DNA of 11,674 nucleotides from Ascoidea asiatica JCM 7603 (Eukaryota > Fungi > Ascomycota), in contig BCKQ01000029.1 in the NCBI GenBank assembly GCA_001600695.1, positions 71,165-82,838 of the forward strand, written 5' to 3'. Positions 1-8,922 of the stretch are shown piece after piece. Under the pieces are notes generated by a model that saw only the letters and a program-made list of their open reading frames with translations, was not told where the DNA came from and did not search any database. The position numbers were made by a program, and so were the translations under genes. The first letter of the stretch is position 1. Every line of letters begins with the position of its first letter.

Positions 1-2
1 AT

Positions 3-670
3 GGTAAAAGATATCCTGTTGAGGATACTTTCTCGGTGCTTAAAGATTTTAAAAGGCCTTGAACAGCGAAAGAAATTAGGTGCGTCCTTGGAACTATTAA
101 TTTTTACAGATGCTTCATTCCTAATGTTGCTCATTTCTTAGCAGATATATATGCTAAAGTGAATCAACCAGAGTTATGGACAGATGCTGATACCTTAATG
201 ATAAAAGAAATCCATAAAATGTTGATGAGTTCATTTGCGTTGCTGAAACCAAATTATGATAAACCATTATTTATAGTTACTGATATTCTGGTATTGCATG
301 GTCTGCTGCTTTATTTAATTATGTTGGAAATAACTTCGATGAGACAATTGTCACATCAAAGTTGCCATTGCAATTAATTAAGCTTGAGTCTGGTAAGTTT
401 TCAGATGCTGATAAAAGATTAGAAAATTCGGTTAAAAAATTTATTGTTGTCTTTTATGCTTTCAGAAAATTTAGATATTATGTGGAAGGTGTTGACGTAT
501 CCGTCTATTGTAATAATAAAACTGTTGTAGATACATTGAGGAATAGTTTAGCTGAGATGCCAGTTGGTAGACAAGGTAGAATGCTTTCTTATTTGATTCA
601 ATATAAATTGAAGATACATCATATCAAAGATGCTTCAAACCCAGTCGATATTTTCATCCGTCTTCCTGAC
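3..670 (+). pseudogene. pol: pol: RT thumb/connection and RNase H (element A)
   Basis: Frame 3 reads P*TAKEIRCVLGTINFYRCFIPNVA (Gypsy P.T.KE.R.FLG..NYYR.FIPN motif; TGA at 60-62) through LKPNYDKPLFIVTD. It shifts at ~285 to frame 2: SGIAWSAALF...SGKFSDADKR...FRKFRYYVEG...YKLKIHHIKDASNPVDIFIR. The RNase H acidic positions appear substituted (VKK for the expected EKE-type motif, CNN for TDH-type). Confidence 0.9.
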
Positions 671-1033
671 TGGTCTACAATTAATGCTGTCCTGATTAAT
701 ATTATTAATGATATTCCTATAGATGTTTACATTCCCATGCAAGTTGATTCAATCATGCCGCTGGCTGATCCACATAAATTTTATGTTTTGACTATTAAAA
801 ATATTCTTGGTGATAGAGTTTTCAAATTCAAATCCTTCTATTATTTAGATATTCCATCTTTTCTTCAAACGTTTGTTATTCCATCTTTTTTCGGTACGAA
901 AGAAGAAAAGGCTTTTAAAACTCATGCTGCTATGTTCTTTACCTCTCAGGATGTATTGTTTAAACGATCTAATTTGTTACCTAGACTTGTGGTAACTGAT
1001 CCTAAGCTCATTTGTCAATTAGTTCATGTTGTT

Positions 1034-2170
1034 CATAGCTCACATGGTCATGCTGGTAGAGATAAGACGTTGTTTCATCTATCCAATCTGTATTTCATTC
1101 GTATGCTTAATCCAGTTGTTGCTTATCATGTAAACTCATGTGACTACTGTCAGTTTTATAAATCATCAACGCCGGTTTTTTGATCCCTTACAATTAATTA
1201 TACCTTCTGGAATATTCAAATATGTTGCTATTGATTCAATTCATTTACCTACAACTATTGATAGATATTCATATGTGGTATGTTTAAGATGCACCTTCAC
1301 TCACTTTTTAGAAGCTATTGCTTTGAAGACACAAGATGCCGTTTCTGTTGCGAAATTTATATATGATACCTTGAAGCTATATGTCGATATGGAGGTGTTT
1401 ACAATTTACAGTCTGATGGTGGATCAGCCTTTTAAAACAAAGTATCAAAACAACTTTTAGCTAATCAAGCGATTAAACATAGAATTTTTTCTGCTTATTA
1501 CCCAACTCCTAATGGTTTGATAGAAAGATCTCATGCTTTTTTCTAAACAGTTTTAAATCATTACGACAAGCACTGGTTGAAACATTTAAGTGCAGCTATT
1601 TATGCTGACAGAAATACTGTTAGGCTATTGCTAGGAATCACTGAAGCTGGGTTGGTATATGGCAGTCTTCCATTTTCCAGTTATGATCAATGTTATTATA
1701 GTTTGCCATTTATTAAAAATGATTCTTTTACTGATCATGAGCTATACAACATAAGAGTAAAACAAATTGAATTTAGGCAATGGTCAAATACTCAAGGTGT
1801 TCTGGAAATTAATTTCTGTACAGAACAAATGAAAGAAGGTTTTGATAAAGCTCACATTACTTCTGACACAAAATTGGCTGAAGGTGTATATGTTTTGGTT
1901 AAGGATGTTAATAATCATAAAATGGCTGGGTTTAAATCGTTACCACGGTATGCTGGCCCATATAAAATTAAGCTGAATGAATTTGGTGCATATGTATTAA
2001 TGGATATTAACAATGCTCAATTAAAGCGCACATTTGCAAGGTCTCATTTAAAGCTATACTCATTACGTCCTGGTTCAACATATGCTGACGTGCACGTTCC
2101 AATATTTACAACTTCTGGTAAAGGTTTCAAAGCCTTAGATGCTAAATTGACATCTGAAAAAACAGGCTAG
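1034..2170 (+). pseudogene. pol: pol: integrase (HHCC zinc finger, DDE core, GPY/F module)
   Basis: HSSHGHAG...CDYC at 1034-1150; frameshift in the T-run at ~1176-1181; D1 in VAIDSI (1233-1235); frameshift at ~1370; ICRYG...LQSDGG with D2 at 1415-1417 and NGLIER with E at 1523-1525, exactly 35 codons between them; in-frame TAA at 1433 and 1544; PRYAGPYKI...HLKLY near the C-terminus; stop TAG at 2168-2170. No chromodomain seen. Confidence 0.93.
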
Positions 2171-2173
2171 GGG
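2156..2173 (+). other. Polypurine tract (plus-strand primer) of element A
   Basis: GAAAAAACAGGCTAGGGG (15/18 purines) overlaps the pol stop codon and ends 5 nt before TGTTG. Confidence 0.7.
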
Positions 2174-2234
2174 TACTATGTTGTAGTCAAAACGCAACAC
2201 GTACTAAATTTGGTAACTGCATGTTGCTAAGAAT

Positions 2235-2248
2235 AGCCACGCGTGGCT
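2235..2248. promoter_or_regulatory. Perfect 14-bp palindrome containing an MCB-type ACGCGT core
   Basis: AGCCACGCGTGGCT is its own reverse complement and lies in the presumed U3. The regulatory role is inferred. Confidence 0.4.
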
Positions 2249-2289
2249 CCTTTGTCTAATGTTGCCTATGTTTTGCTCGGGTATTGTTG

Positions 2290-2329
2290 TGACTCAGCCT
2301 GCGGTTAATCAGAAAAGCCATATGAGTCA
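2290..2329. promoter_or_regulatory. Inverted pair of AP-1/Gcn4-type sites
   Basis: TGACTCA at 2290-2296 and TGAGTCA at 2323-2329. The regulatory role is inferred. Confidence 0.4.
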
Positions 2330-2400
2330 ATCTGTTTGTGTAATTGTGCTTTTTGTTTGTCTCTCAATTGAATGTCTCTGATTGTGAGGGCAATTGTGAT

Positions 2401-2530
2401 TCCTGCTTTTTGTTCTTTCTTTCTTCCTATCTCTTTCTCTCTGTCTTTCCTCCTCCCTTGCTGATTCCTTTCCTTTTCCCTTTCTTTTCCTTTTTTTTTT
2501 ATCCTTTGCTCTTTCCCCGTCTACCTCTTG
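2401..2530. repeat. CT-rich low-complexity tract within the LTR
   Basis: Near-continuous C/T runs; a second shorter tract lies at ~2578-2613. Confidence 0.85.
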
Positions 2531-2655
2531 ACATTTTGATTCAGAACACTAGCACTAAATGCTGTGAATAAAGGTGGTTTCTTTCCTTTCTTTTACTTTT
2601 CTTTCTATTCTTTCGAAATATAATACTTTTAATAAAGAAATTTGTTGCGATAACA

Positions 2656-4388
2656 GTTAGTAAATTCGTTACCAGCGTTTGGTAACGAACAGTTTGAATT
2701 TAACAAAAACGGACTGTTCTTTGATATTGATACTTATGCATATGATGAAATTTCCCATGGTTCTTTATCAAATCTCTACGGATCCGCTGCTAGACCGGTT
2801 TTGCTTAGGTCATTCAAATGTTGCTGAAAAAGTTGCACAAGGTACAGAAAGAAACCATATTGCTGGTACTCCTTCCACTGCTTGTCCGGGTGACCCAATG
2901 AAAATATTTTTGCTGTTTTTCCCACAAAATAATATATGCATAATTCTGGCTCCAACTAATAAATATAAGGAAACTCAACACAATGGTAAAAGGATACCAG
3001 CTAAAGTTGCTCCACACGAAATTTAGTTTTTTTTAGGAATCATATTAGAATTTGGGACAAATAAGATTACACAAATTGAGGATTTTTATTACAAAAAAAA
3101 AGAAAATTCCACAAATATTAAACTGGCAAAGCATTACAATAGAATTAATCTTATTCAATTGTTTTTACACGTGTCAAATCCCACGGAGACGCAAATAGGT
3201 GTGAAGCTACCTTGGGATAACGTGTCTTTACTAGCGGATCATATTGTTAGGACAAGTCAGAAACATTAGAATCTAGGATTGGACGTGTCCATAGATGAAA
3301 TGATAATAAAGTTTCAACGAAGATCTCGGGATAATACCGTGGTAATGAATAAGCCAATAAAATTGGGGAACAACGTGTTTGCGTTGGCTGAAGCCAGATA
3401 CACATGCTCAATGGTGTACAGCTCACGGAATAAATCACGGGGTCTAATTTAGTTCAAAAACTTGGAAGCTGTAGCGCCAGAGAGTCACTTATGGCTCATC
3501 TTTCCGGTGAAATCAAAAATCCCGGCATGACGGTTTTACTCATGGATAATTATTCTTCCTCGGATAAATTATTTCAATGGTTAAAAGATAAATTTATTTT
3601 CCGTGCGACTGCTACAACTCTTCCTAACTCTTCTTATCTTAAATCTATGCCCGAAATGAAAACAGAAAAAAATAATCTACAGTGGAAAGAACTTAGATAT
3701 GAATATGCTGAAGATGTTGGATGTTTTGCTTACATGGATAGATATATTGTGCTTGGAATTAGTCCCGCCCAGCACCTAAATGAAATTGTGGAAAAGAGAA
3801 ACACCCTCCTAACACCAAAAGTTTAGGGCAACTTAGGCTTCAAGCAATGAAATTTTCAAAAATGGTAATAAAGCGGAAGTTCCAATTCCGAGGGTTATTG
3901 GTCAATACAATCATCGCAAGGGTGGTCTAGATATTTCCGATCAATACCGAACAACTAATAGTTCCAATTTAAGGGTGCATAGAAATTGGCTTACGATTTT
4001 TTTATTTTTATTGGATGTTGCTCTCATTAACAGTGACGTGCTTTATAAAATGAAATCCGGTAAAAAACTGTTAAGCATTGGTGAATCCCGGGATAATGTG
4101 GGTAAATCCCTTATCAGGGATAACTCAGAGGCTAGTGTGATAGTCCGTATTGTTCAGGATAATCCCGGATCTCATGAGAGGATCAAATCCACCAGCAAGG
4201 CCCGCTGTAGGTACTGCTACTTAGCTAACCAGCATTCGAAGGTCCTGTTTTCTGCCTTTGAGTGTCCTAGTTGCTCCGTGCATCTCTATCCCGAGTGTTG
4301 GGTTGAGATATATCTTGATAGCGAACTGTGTTCGTGCTCTAAAGTTTGCAAAATCAGAATTGCGCGCAAAAATGCTAGACCACAATGA
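2656..4388 (+). pseudogene. piggyBac (PGBD-type DDD) transposase, degenerate and 5'-interrupted
   Basis: PMKIFLLFFP...TNKY...EI*FFLGI...IEDFY; FLHVSN; VSIDEMII (D at 3294-3296)...NKPIKLG; LMDNY (D at 3545-3547)...LF..L...ATAT; PIPRVIGQYNHRKGGLDISDQ (D at 3930-3932); WLTIFLFLLDVALINS; C-terminal CRYC...CPSCSVHLYPECW Cys-rich domain. TAG stops at 3024, 3267 and 3824; frameshifts at ~3432 and ~3830-3860. Confidence 0.92.
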
Positions 4389-4521
4389 AAGTGGCATTAC
4401 CCTATTCATTTCTAGTTTGGAATTAATTTTATAAATAAATTTTTAATAAATATTTTAGTTTTTTGTACGCGGCGAACAGGTGCTGGTATAGCCCAAAATT
4501 GCTTTACGACAAAAAGCACAA

Positions 4522-4537
4522 AATAGGGATTAAAGGG
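4522..4537 (+). repeat. Candidate right terminal repeat of the piggyBac element
   Basis: AATAGGGATTAAAGGG; the reverse complement begins CCCTTTAATCCC, matching the usual CCC start of piggyBac TIRs. It lies ~135-150 nt after the stop and after AATAAA (4434, 4445). The left TIR is not in the window. Confidence 0.5.
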
Positions 4538-4919
4538 ATATGAAATATAACTACGAATCAGCCAAAAGTTGTGAACAATATTAAAACACAAAAGAAACAT
4601 GCGTTTTTGACACGTGCGTGAATAACCAAAACCTCTGTAGTAGATTTTTGTACAAAATGGTAGCTGATCAAAAACGAATTACACTTGATTTTCTCTGAAA
4701 GAATATTTGAAGTCACTTTTAGTAAATAAAAAAAAGACTGAAATGAGGATGATAATAAAATAAACATTTGTAAAAACAATAATGTGTATGTCGCAATAAG
4801 GACACCGTATACTTTGTGATAAAAAAATAAAATTGCATGTTGGTGCATAAAGTAAAAATTAATTTGTAAAAACAAAATATTGCAAAACATGCAGGACTAC
4901 TTTTTTTTGTTAGCAAGAA

Positions 4920-6565
4920 AATCATTTAACAAAATAAATTTAGCTTGTTTTGTGAATTTCTCTGGATTAGTTGATCGATTTCATTGAAACAACAATTGCA
5001 GAACTGCTGACAAAGCTACACTTAATCTCCAAGATTCACGATGATATCTATAATCGGCTATTCTTATATAATACAAACCCTTTTTTATCTAATATAACGG
5101 CGAAGTAAAATATCTGATTGCGTCTTGCATTATTTGTCACAAAAAAGTTAAATACTTCATAAAAGACATTAACGAGTGCATTTTTAAATCCACCATTAAT
5201 TTGATCTGAAAATTATTTGATGTAATCTGAAACAGTATCGATAAAAGCCCTATTGTTTAAACTAGAAGCGGTAATACCTTTTATCCAAAATCTAAAGACT
5301 TTTAAATAATTAATAGTTGGAGCATAGTTTGATTCATCCTCATATCAGTGACCATAAATTAATGATAATATTTGCTAATGAAACCCACTCAGGAGAAAAG
5401 GGATATTCATGGAAGTATTATAATTTTTGATATTAAATGTTTTCATTGATAATGGCTGTTCAATGTTATCTCTTGTCAGTTGAAGAAAACATCAATATTA
5501 TCAAATTTAAGTTTCGGATCATAAAATCTGTACAATCCATATCCCTTTTCACCAACGAAAACACTATCTTCAATGTTATAATAGAATATCCACCCAAAGT
5601 GTTTACAATCATTTGCAGATTTTGAAAAGATTTCACTCATTTGATCATATTGATAGTTATCCTCTGATATTATTAGTGAAATATTTTTGTCACTTCTCCA
5701 TTTATCCATTAAAGGGATAAATTCAACTTTAATTGCGTTGAGAATTGATTTTGTTAATAGCAATTCAACTTCAACTATACCCTCTAGCATAGGCTTATCA
5801 AATAGTTTCTTGACATAACTCATTTCTTCGACAGTATATCTAATATTTAAATGTTCTTTGTCTTTACAGACCTTTTTTTTGAAATCCGGAGAAATAACTG
5901 GTTCACAATAGTTTAACGTACATGGAATCTCATCATCTGAAATATCAAGTATACCAGTATCTTCCTCCTCAAGGGTATCAGCACTAGTTTTCTTAATTAT
6001 TAAAATATATGGGGCATAAAGTGAGTCTAGCTCAGAATTAGGAGGGGGGAATATAAGTTTTGCTTCAGGTTCAATTTCAGAATCAGAAGATAAAGAGTTA
6101 TTATCTGGAGAGGTTGTAGACGTTGGAATATGTTGGTTGAGAGTTAATGAGGCTGCAGAATTTGTTGTTGATCTTGAAATTTGTTTGATAACAGATAATG
6201 AAGAGGCAGAAGTTGGTTTTGGTGTTTGAGTTAGGTGATTTTAAAGCATTATTTGTAGAAGGATTAGCTGTTGTTGAAGCATTATTGATTAAATTAATAG
6301 TATCAGGAGTAGTAAGTGTAATTTGAGTTGAAGGTGATTTAGTTGAATTAGTTAAATTAGTCGAGTTAGATGAATTAGATGAATTAGGTGAATTAGATGA
6401 ATTAGTTGAATTAGTTGTGTTAGTTGAGTTAATTGTATTAGTTGAATTGTTTGAATTGGTTGACATTTGTGGTTTAGTTGACAAAGTTAAAGTAGTTTTA
6501 TTAGTTGAATGGACTTTATTAGTCGAGTTAGTTGAGTTAGTTAATAATTTGTTTTCTTGAACCAT
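4920..6565 (-). pseudogene. Broken ~550-codon reading frame: N/S/T-rich N-terminus plus a globular part with weak hAT-transposase-like motifs
   Basis: ORF 6565-6101 shifts frame at ~6230 into a stop-free run from ~6230 to 5479 (QTPKPTSASS...IPCTLNYC...EHLNIRY...LMDKWRSD...). Further pieces follow across several frameshifts and stops (SPEWVSLANI, YAPTINYLK, IFYFAVILDKKG). Coding origin is likely, but the family is uncertain and small introns are not excluded. Confidence 0.55.
6340..6462. repeat. Degenerate 9-bp minisatellite (GAATTAGWT-like) encoding NST/NSS tripeptides on the minus strand
   Basis: gagttagat gaattagat gaattaggt gaattagat gaattagtt gaattagtt gtgttagtt...; about 13 units, with extra units at ~6500-6545. 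Confidence 0.85.
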
Positions 6566-8259
6566 TATTGAATGAGATTAATTCATTTGACGGTTTTAAT
6601 TGAGTTTTGCATTGATTATTTATATTGATTTCTTTAATTTGTTTTGTTGCTTTGCGAAAATACTGCAGTGGATGCCTATGTGGTATATTTGAATTATATT
6701 GTTATGGTAATTGAATCACGGGATCTTTCGTTTTTGGGGTTGAAAATGCCAGGTCTGAAAGATCATGTTAGAGGTTAATTATTGACAACTCATAAACGAG
6801 AGTCAAACGGTTAAATTATGGAACTTAAACCAGGAGCAGGTTTTGCTACAATATTTTAATTGTATTCAATTATTCTGCATAATTTCCAATGTTTATTTTC
6901 TTGACTATTTTATTGTCTGATATATGTTGATAGCATTTAACGGTATGTTAGAGTTTGCAATATCAGTTGTCGGGATTTTTGAGACATACTGGATTAAATA
7001 AATTAGTTTTTGTCTAAAAATTATTAGGGTTATTCAAGAATAATGTGAATCCATTAGATAGATTAATAATAAATATTATGTATTAATATATGTAAAATAG
7101 TAAATATGAAAGTCGATCATTTTAAAACAATATCAAATTAAATATATAGAAGACAAAAACAAATATATTTATATAGTTTCAAAAACCATAAAGAAAACCA
7201 GAATCAAAACATTTATTTAAAAGTTTTAATATTTAACATAAATATGATTAAAAGGCAAAAACATTTTCAAACAACTTTGCAATATAATTTGAAAAACAAA
7301 CCGGCGACAATGTGAAAGCATTGGTAAAGCAAAATAATTAATAAAATAATTTTTGAAATATTTCTATCAAATAACAATTGGTTTGGTGAATGCTCTACAA
7401 CGATTTAAACACTCAGCCTTTAATAACGATATGTGATTTTATTAAACAATATGCCACCAATAATAAGTTTGCGAAACAAATAATTATCCTTCGGATAATG
7501 TATGAGTAATCTAAATTAGTTGCGAACTAACCACAAATTAGTCTAGACAATCACAAAAGTTTGTACACAAGCATCGTAAAATAAAAAAAAATAAAAAAAA
7601 TTGCAAATGTAAACTTATGTTTTACTAATGGATAATGTTTCCTTTCAAGAAAATACTGTACATACTATAACAAGAATTTGAAAAACTTATTTTTGAAACT
7701 TTTTTGTACAACGAGTAACAACATTTGATAACGCATAGTAGATATTTTTCAGAGTTCAACATCAATAGTCAAGCTTGTGAATCAAAGGAGAATTGAACTT
7801 GTCATACAAAAATAAACACTAAAAAAAAACAGAGCTCTAACATCTTTAGCTATGCCCACTGGCTGCATGCATTAAACAAAAAAGATAAGGTGAAAACCTT
7901 AACATCATTGTAACGATCAATAACGTTTTAAAACCTACCATAACAGTAGTGCTAGTGAACGGGTTTGAGGCGCCACGTTTGATGCATAAGACGTTTTGTT
8001 GAGCTGTTAGTAAATTCAATCTCGGTAGAGGTCTTTCCGTATTTATACATTCATTCCCGCCTACCGATATTCGGGAGCTCGTCCCGTTCCTCCAGATACT
8101 GACACATAAGTTATTTTGTCTATGTTTGTGTTTTACATACGTTACGTTCTACAATGCAGATCTGGATTACTGTTGCCAGAAAGCCGATAGGCCCACTCTT
8201 GCTTATTTCCCTTTATAGAATACTTTCAAGTACCCATAGCTATACAGTCTTTCGTCAGA

Positions 8260-8266
8260 TATAAAA
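8260..8266 (+). promoter_or_regulatory. TATA box in the LTR of element B
   Basis: TATAAAA followed by G, downstream of a relatively GC-rich U3-like stretch. Confidence 0.5.
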
Positions 8267-8448
8267 GATAGCTGGCTTTCCCTCATCTTATCTTGTTGGA
8301 TTAGGTCGCAATCGCATATATCTTATACAAACTATATTTTATTTTTTGCTTCTTTGCATTGTCTTTTTATCAACAAAATTTCTAGGGTAATAATGCTTAT
8401 ACTATACCGGAGTGGAGATGCGTCCAAATTGATGATGGAACCAAACAA

Positions 8449-8640
8449 TATTTGCTGTTTAAGTTAATGTGGGTCTACTATTTTAAGGCAAACGTTCTGA
8501 AAAGTTAATTTTTTATATTTGTTTTGCTGTTTCAGTAAATCTTTGCCTATTATTTTAAAGGAAACCTTGTGAAAAATTGATTGTCTACGTTATTTGCTGT
8601 TTAAGTTAATCGGATTCTACTATTTTAAAGGAACTTGTTT
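8449..8640 (+). repeat. Three diverged ~70-bp tandem repeats (third copy partial)
   Basis: TTTGCTGTTT at 8451, 8523 and 8593 (spacing 72 and 70), each followed by a CTAYTATTTTAAR block; copies 1 and 3 share TATTTGCTGTTTAAGTTAAT exactly. Confidence 0.9.
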
Positions 8641-8707
8641 CATCATTTATTCTAACCATTAATAAATCAATTGGGAGTTCCAAGTAATAATTTAACAGTA
8701 TCTCATT

Positions 8708-8740
8708 AAAAAAGTAAAAAAGAAAAAAAAAAAAAAAAAA
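8708..8740 (+). repeat. A-rich tract ending in an 18-nt A run
   Basis: Pure A run at 8723-8740. Confidence 0.9.
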
Positions 8741-8867
8741 CAAATTTGATAATAAAACTAGAAAGTGGGTTAATATACAAAGCCAAAGAAACAAAAAATT
8801 GTTCGATATCTCAAAAGGGTATAATCCAATCAAAGTGGTGGTATTTGGAGTAACAACATTCTAATAC

Positions 8868-8880
8868 TGGTGAATCGAAG
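8868..8880 (+). other. Putative primer-binding site
   Basis: TGGTGAATCGAAG starts with TGG (complement of the tRNA CCA end), 1 nt after the candidate LTR end and 55 nt before the gag ATG. The cognate tRNA was not identified. Confidence 0.5.
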
Positions 8881-8922
8881 TAATTTGATTCATCAAACGG
8901 AACAAATTATAATTAAGGTCAA

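Larger units (their letters stand above)
1..2655 (+). mobile_element. Ty3/Gypsy LTR retrotransposon A, 3' half (degenerate; continues left of the window)
   Basis: Domain order RT - RNase H - integrase (Gypsy order), then a purine tract and a TG...CA-bounded LTR-like segment. Confidence 0.93.
2179..2655 (+). repeat. 3' LTR of element A (~477 bp)
   Basis: Starts TGTTGT just after the PPT and ends ATAACA (near-perfect terminal inverted repeat); AATAAA at 2567 and 2631; piggyBac-like sequence follows. The partner LTR is not in the window, so the right boundary is inferred. Confidence 0.72.
8005..8866 (+). repeat. Candidate 5' LTR of element B (boundaries uncertain)
   Basis: TGTTAG (8005) to CTAATA (8861-8866, one transition from CTAACA), followed by C-TGG; internal TATAAAA (8260) and AATAAA (8661, 8751). 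Alternative boundaries are TGTTGA (7997) to TCAACA (8375). Confidence 0.5.

Noticed and set aside
1170-1185. Programmed ribosomal frameshift at the T run in integrase
   Set aside because: It lies between the HHCC finger and the catalytic core, where programmed shifts are not expected; a homopolymer indel or sequencing error is more likely.
2344-2571. 75-aa Phe/Leu-rich ORF (also 4558-4890, 4719-4925 and 8606-8833 on the minus strand)
   Set aside because: Translations of pyrimidine- or T-rich low-complexity DNA with no recognisable motifs; not credible membrane proteins or env.
2656-2667. 12-bp identity GTTAGTAAATTC shared with 8006-8017, both at LTR edges
   Set aside because: Similarity stops after 12 nt, and matches of this length are expected by chance in 11.7 kb of AT-rich DNA.
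3215-4162. Seven GGATAA hexamers in the piggyBac body
   Set aside because: All fall in register with Asp-Asn/Lys codons and the motif also occurs elsewhere in the window; best explained by coding sequence.
2814-4409. Short ORFs 2814-3017, 3247-3438 and 4221-4409 (also 5437-5625, 8948-9151 and 11138-11350)
   Set aside because: Antisense or off-frame shadows of the transposase, orphan and gag-protease frames.
7516-7547. Helitron-like 3' end (hairpin, 12 nt, CTAG)
   Set aside because: The hairpin is short and AT-rich, CTAG is followed by A instead of T, and no RepHel remnant is seen.
8449-8640. CRISPR-like repeat-spacer array
   Set aside because: The supposed spacers resemble each other, the repeats are diverged, there are no cas genes and the context is a eukaryotic retrotransposon.
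8661-8740. AATAAA plus A run as the tail of a LINE/SINE or retrocopy
   Set aside because: No TSD or identifiable body; a simple A tract inside the LTR/leader is more parsimonious.
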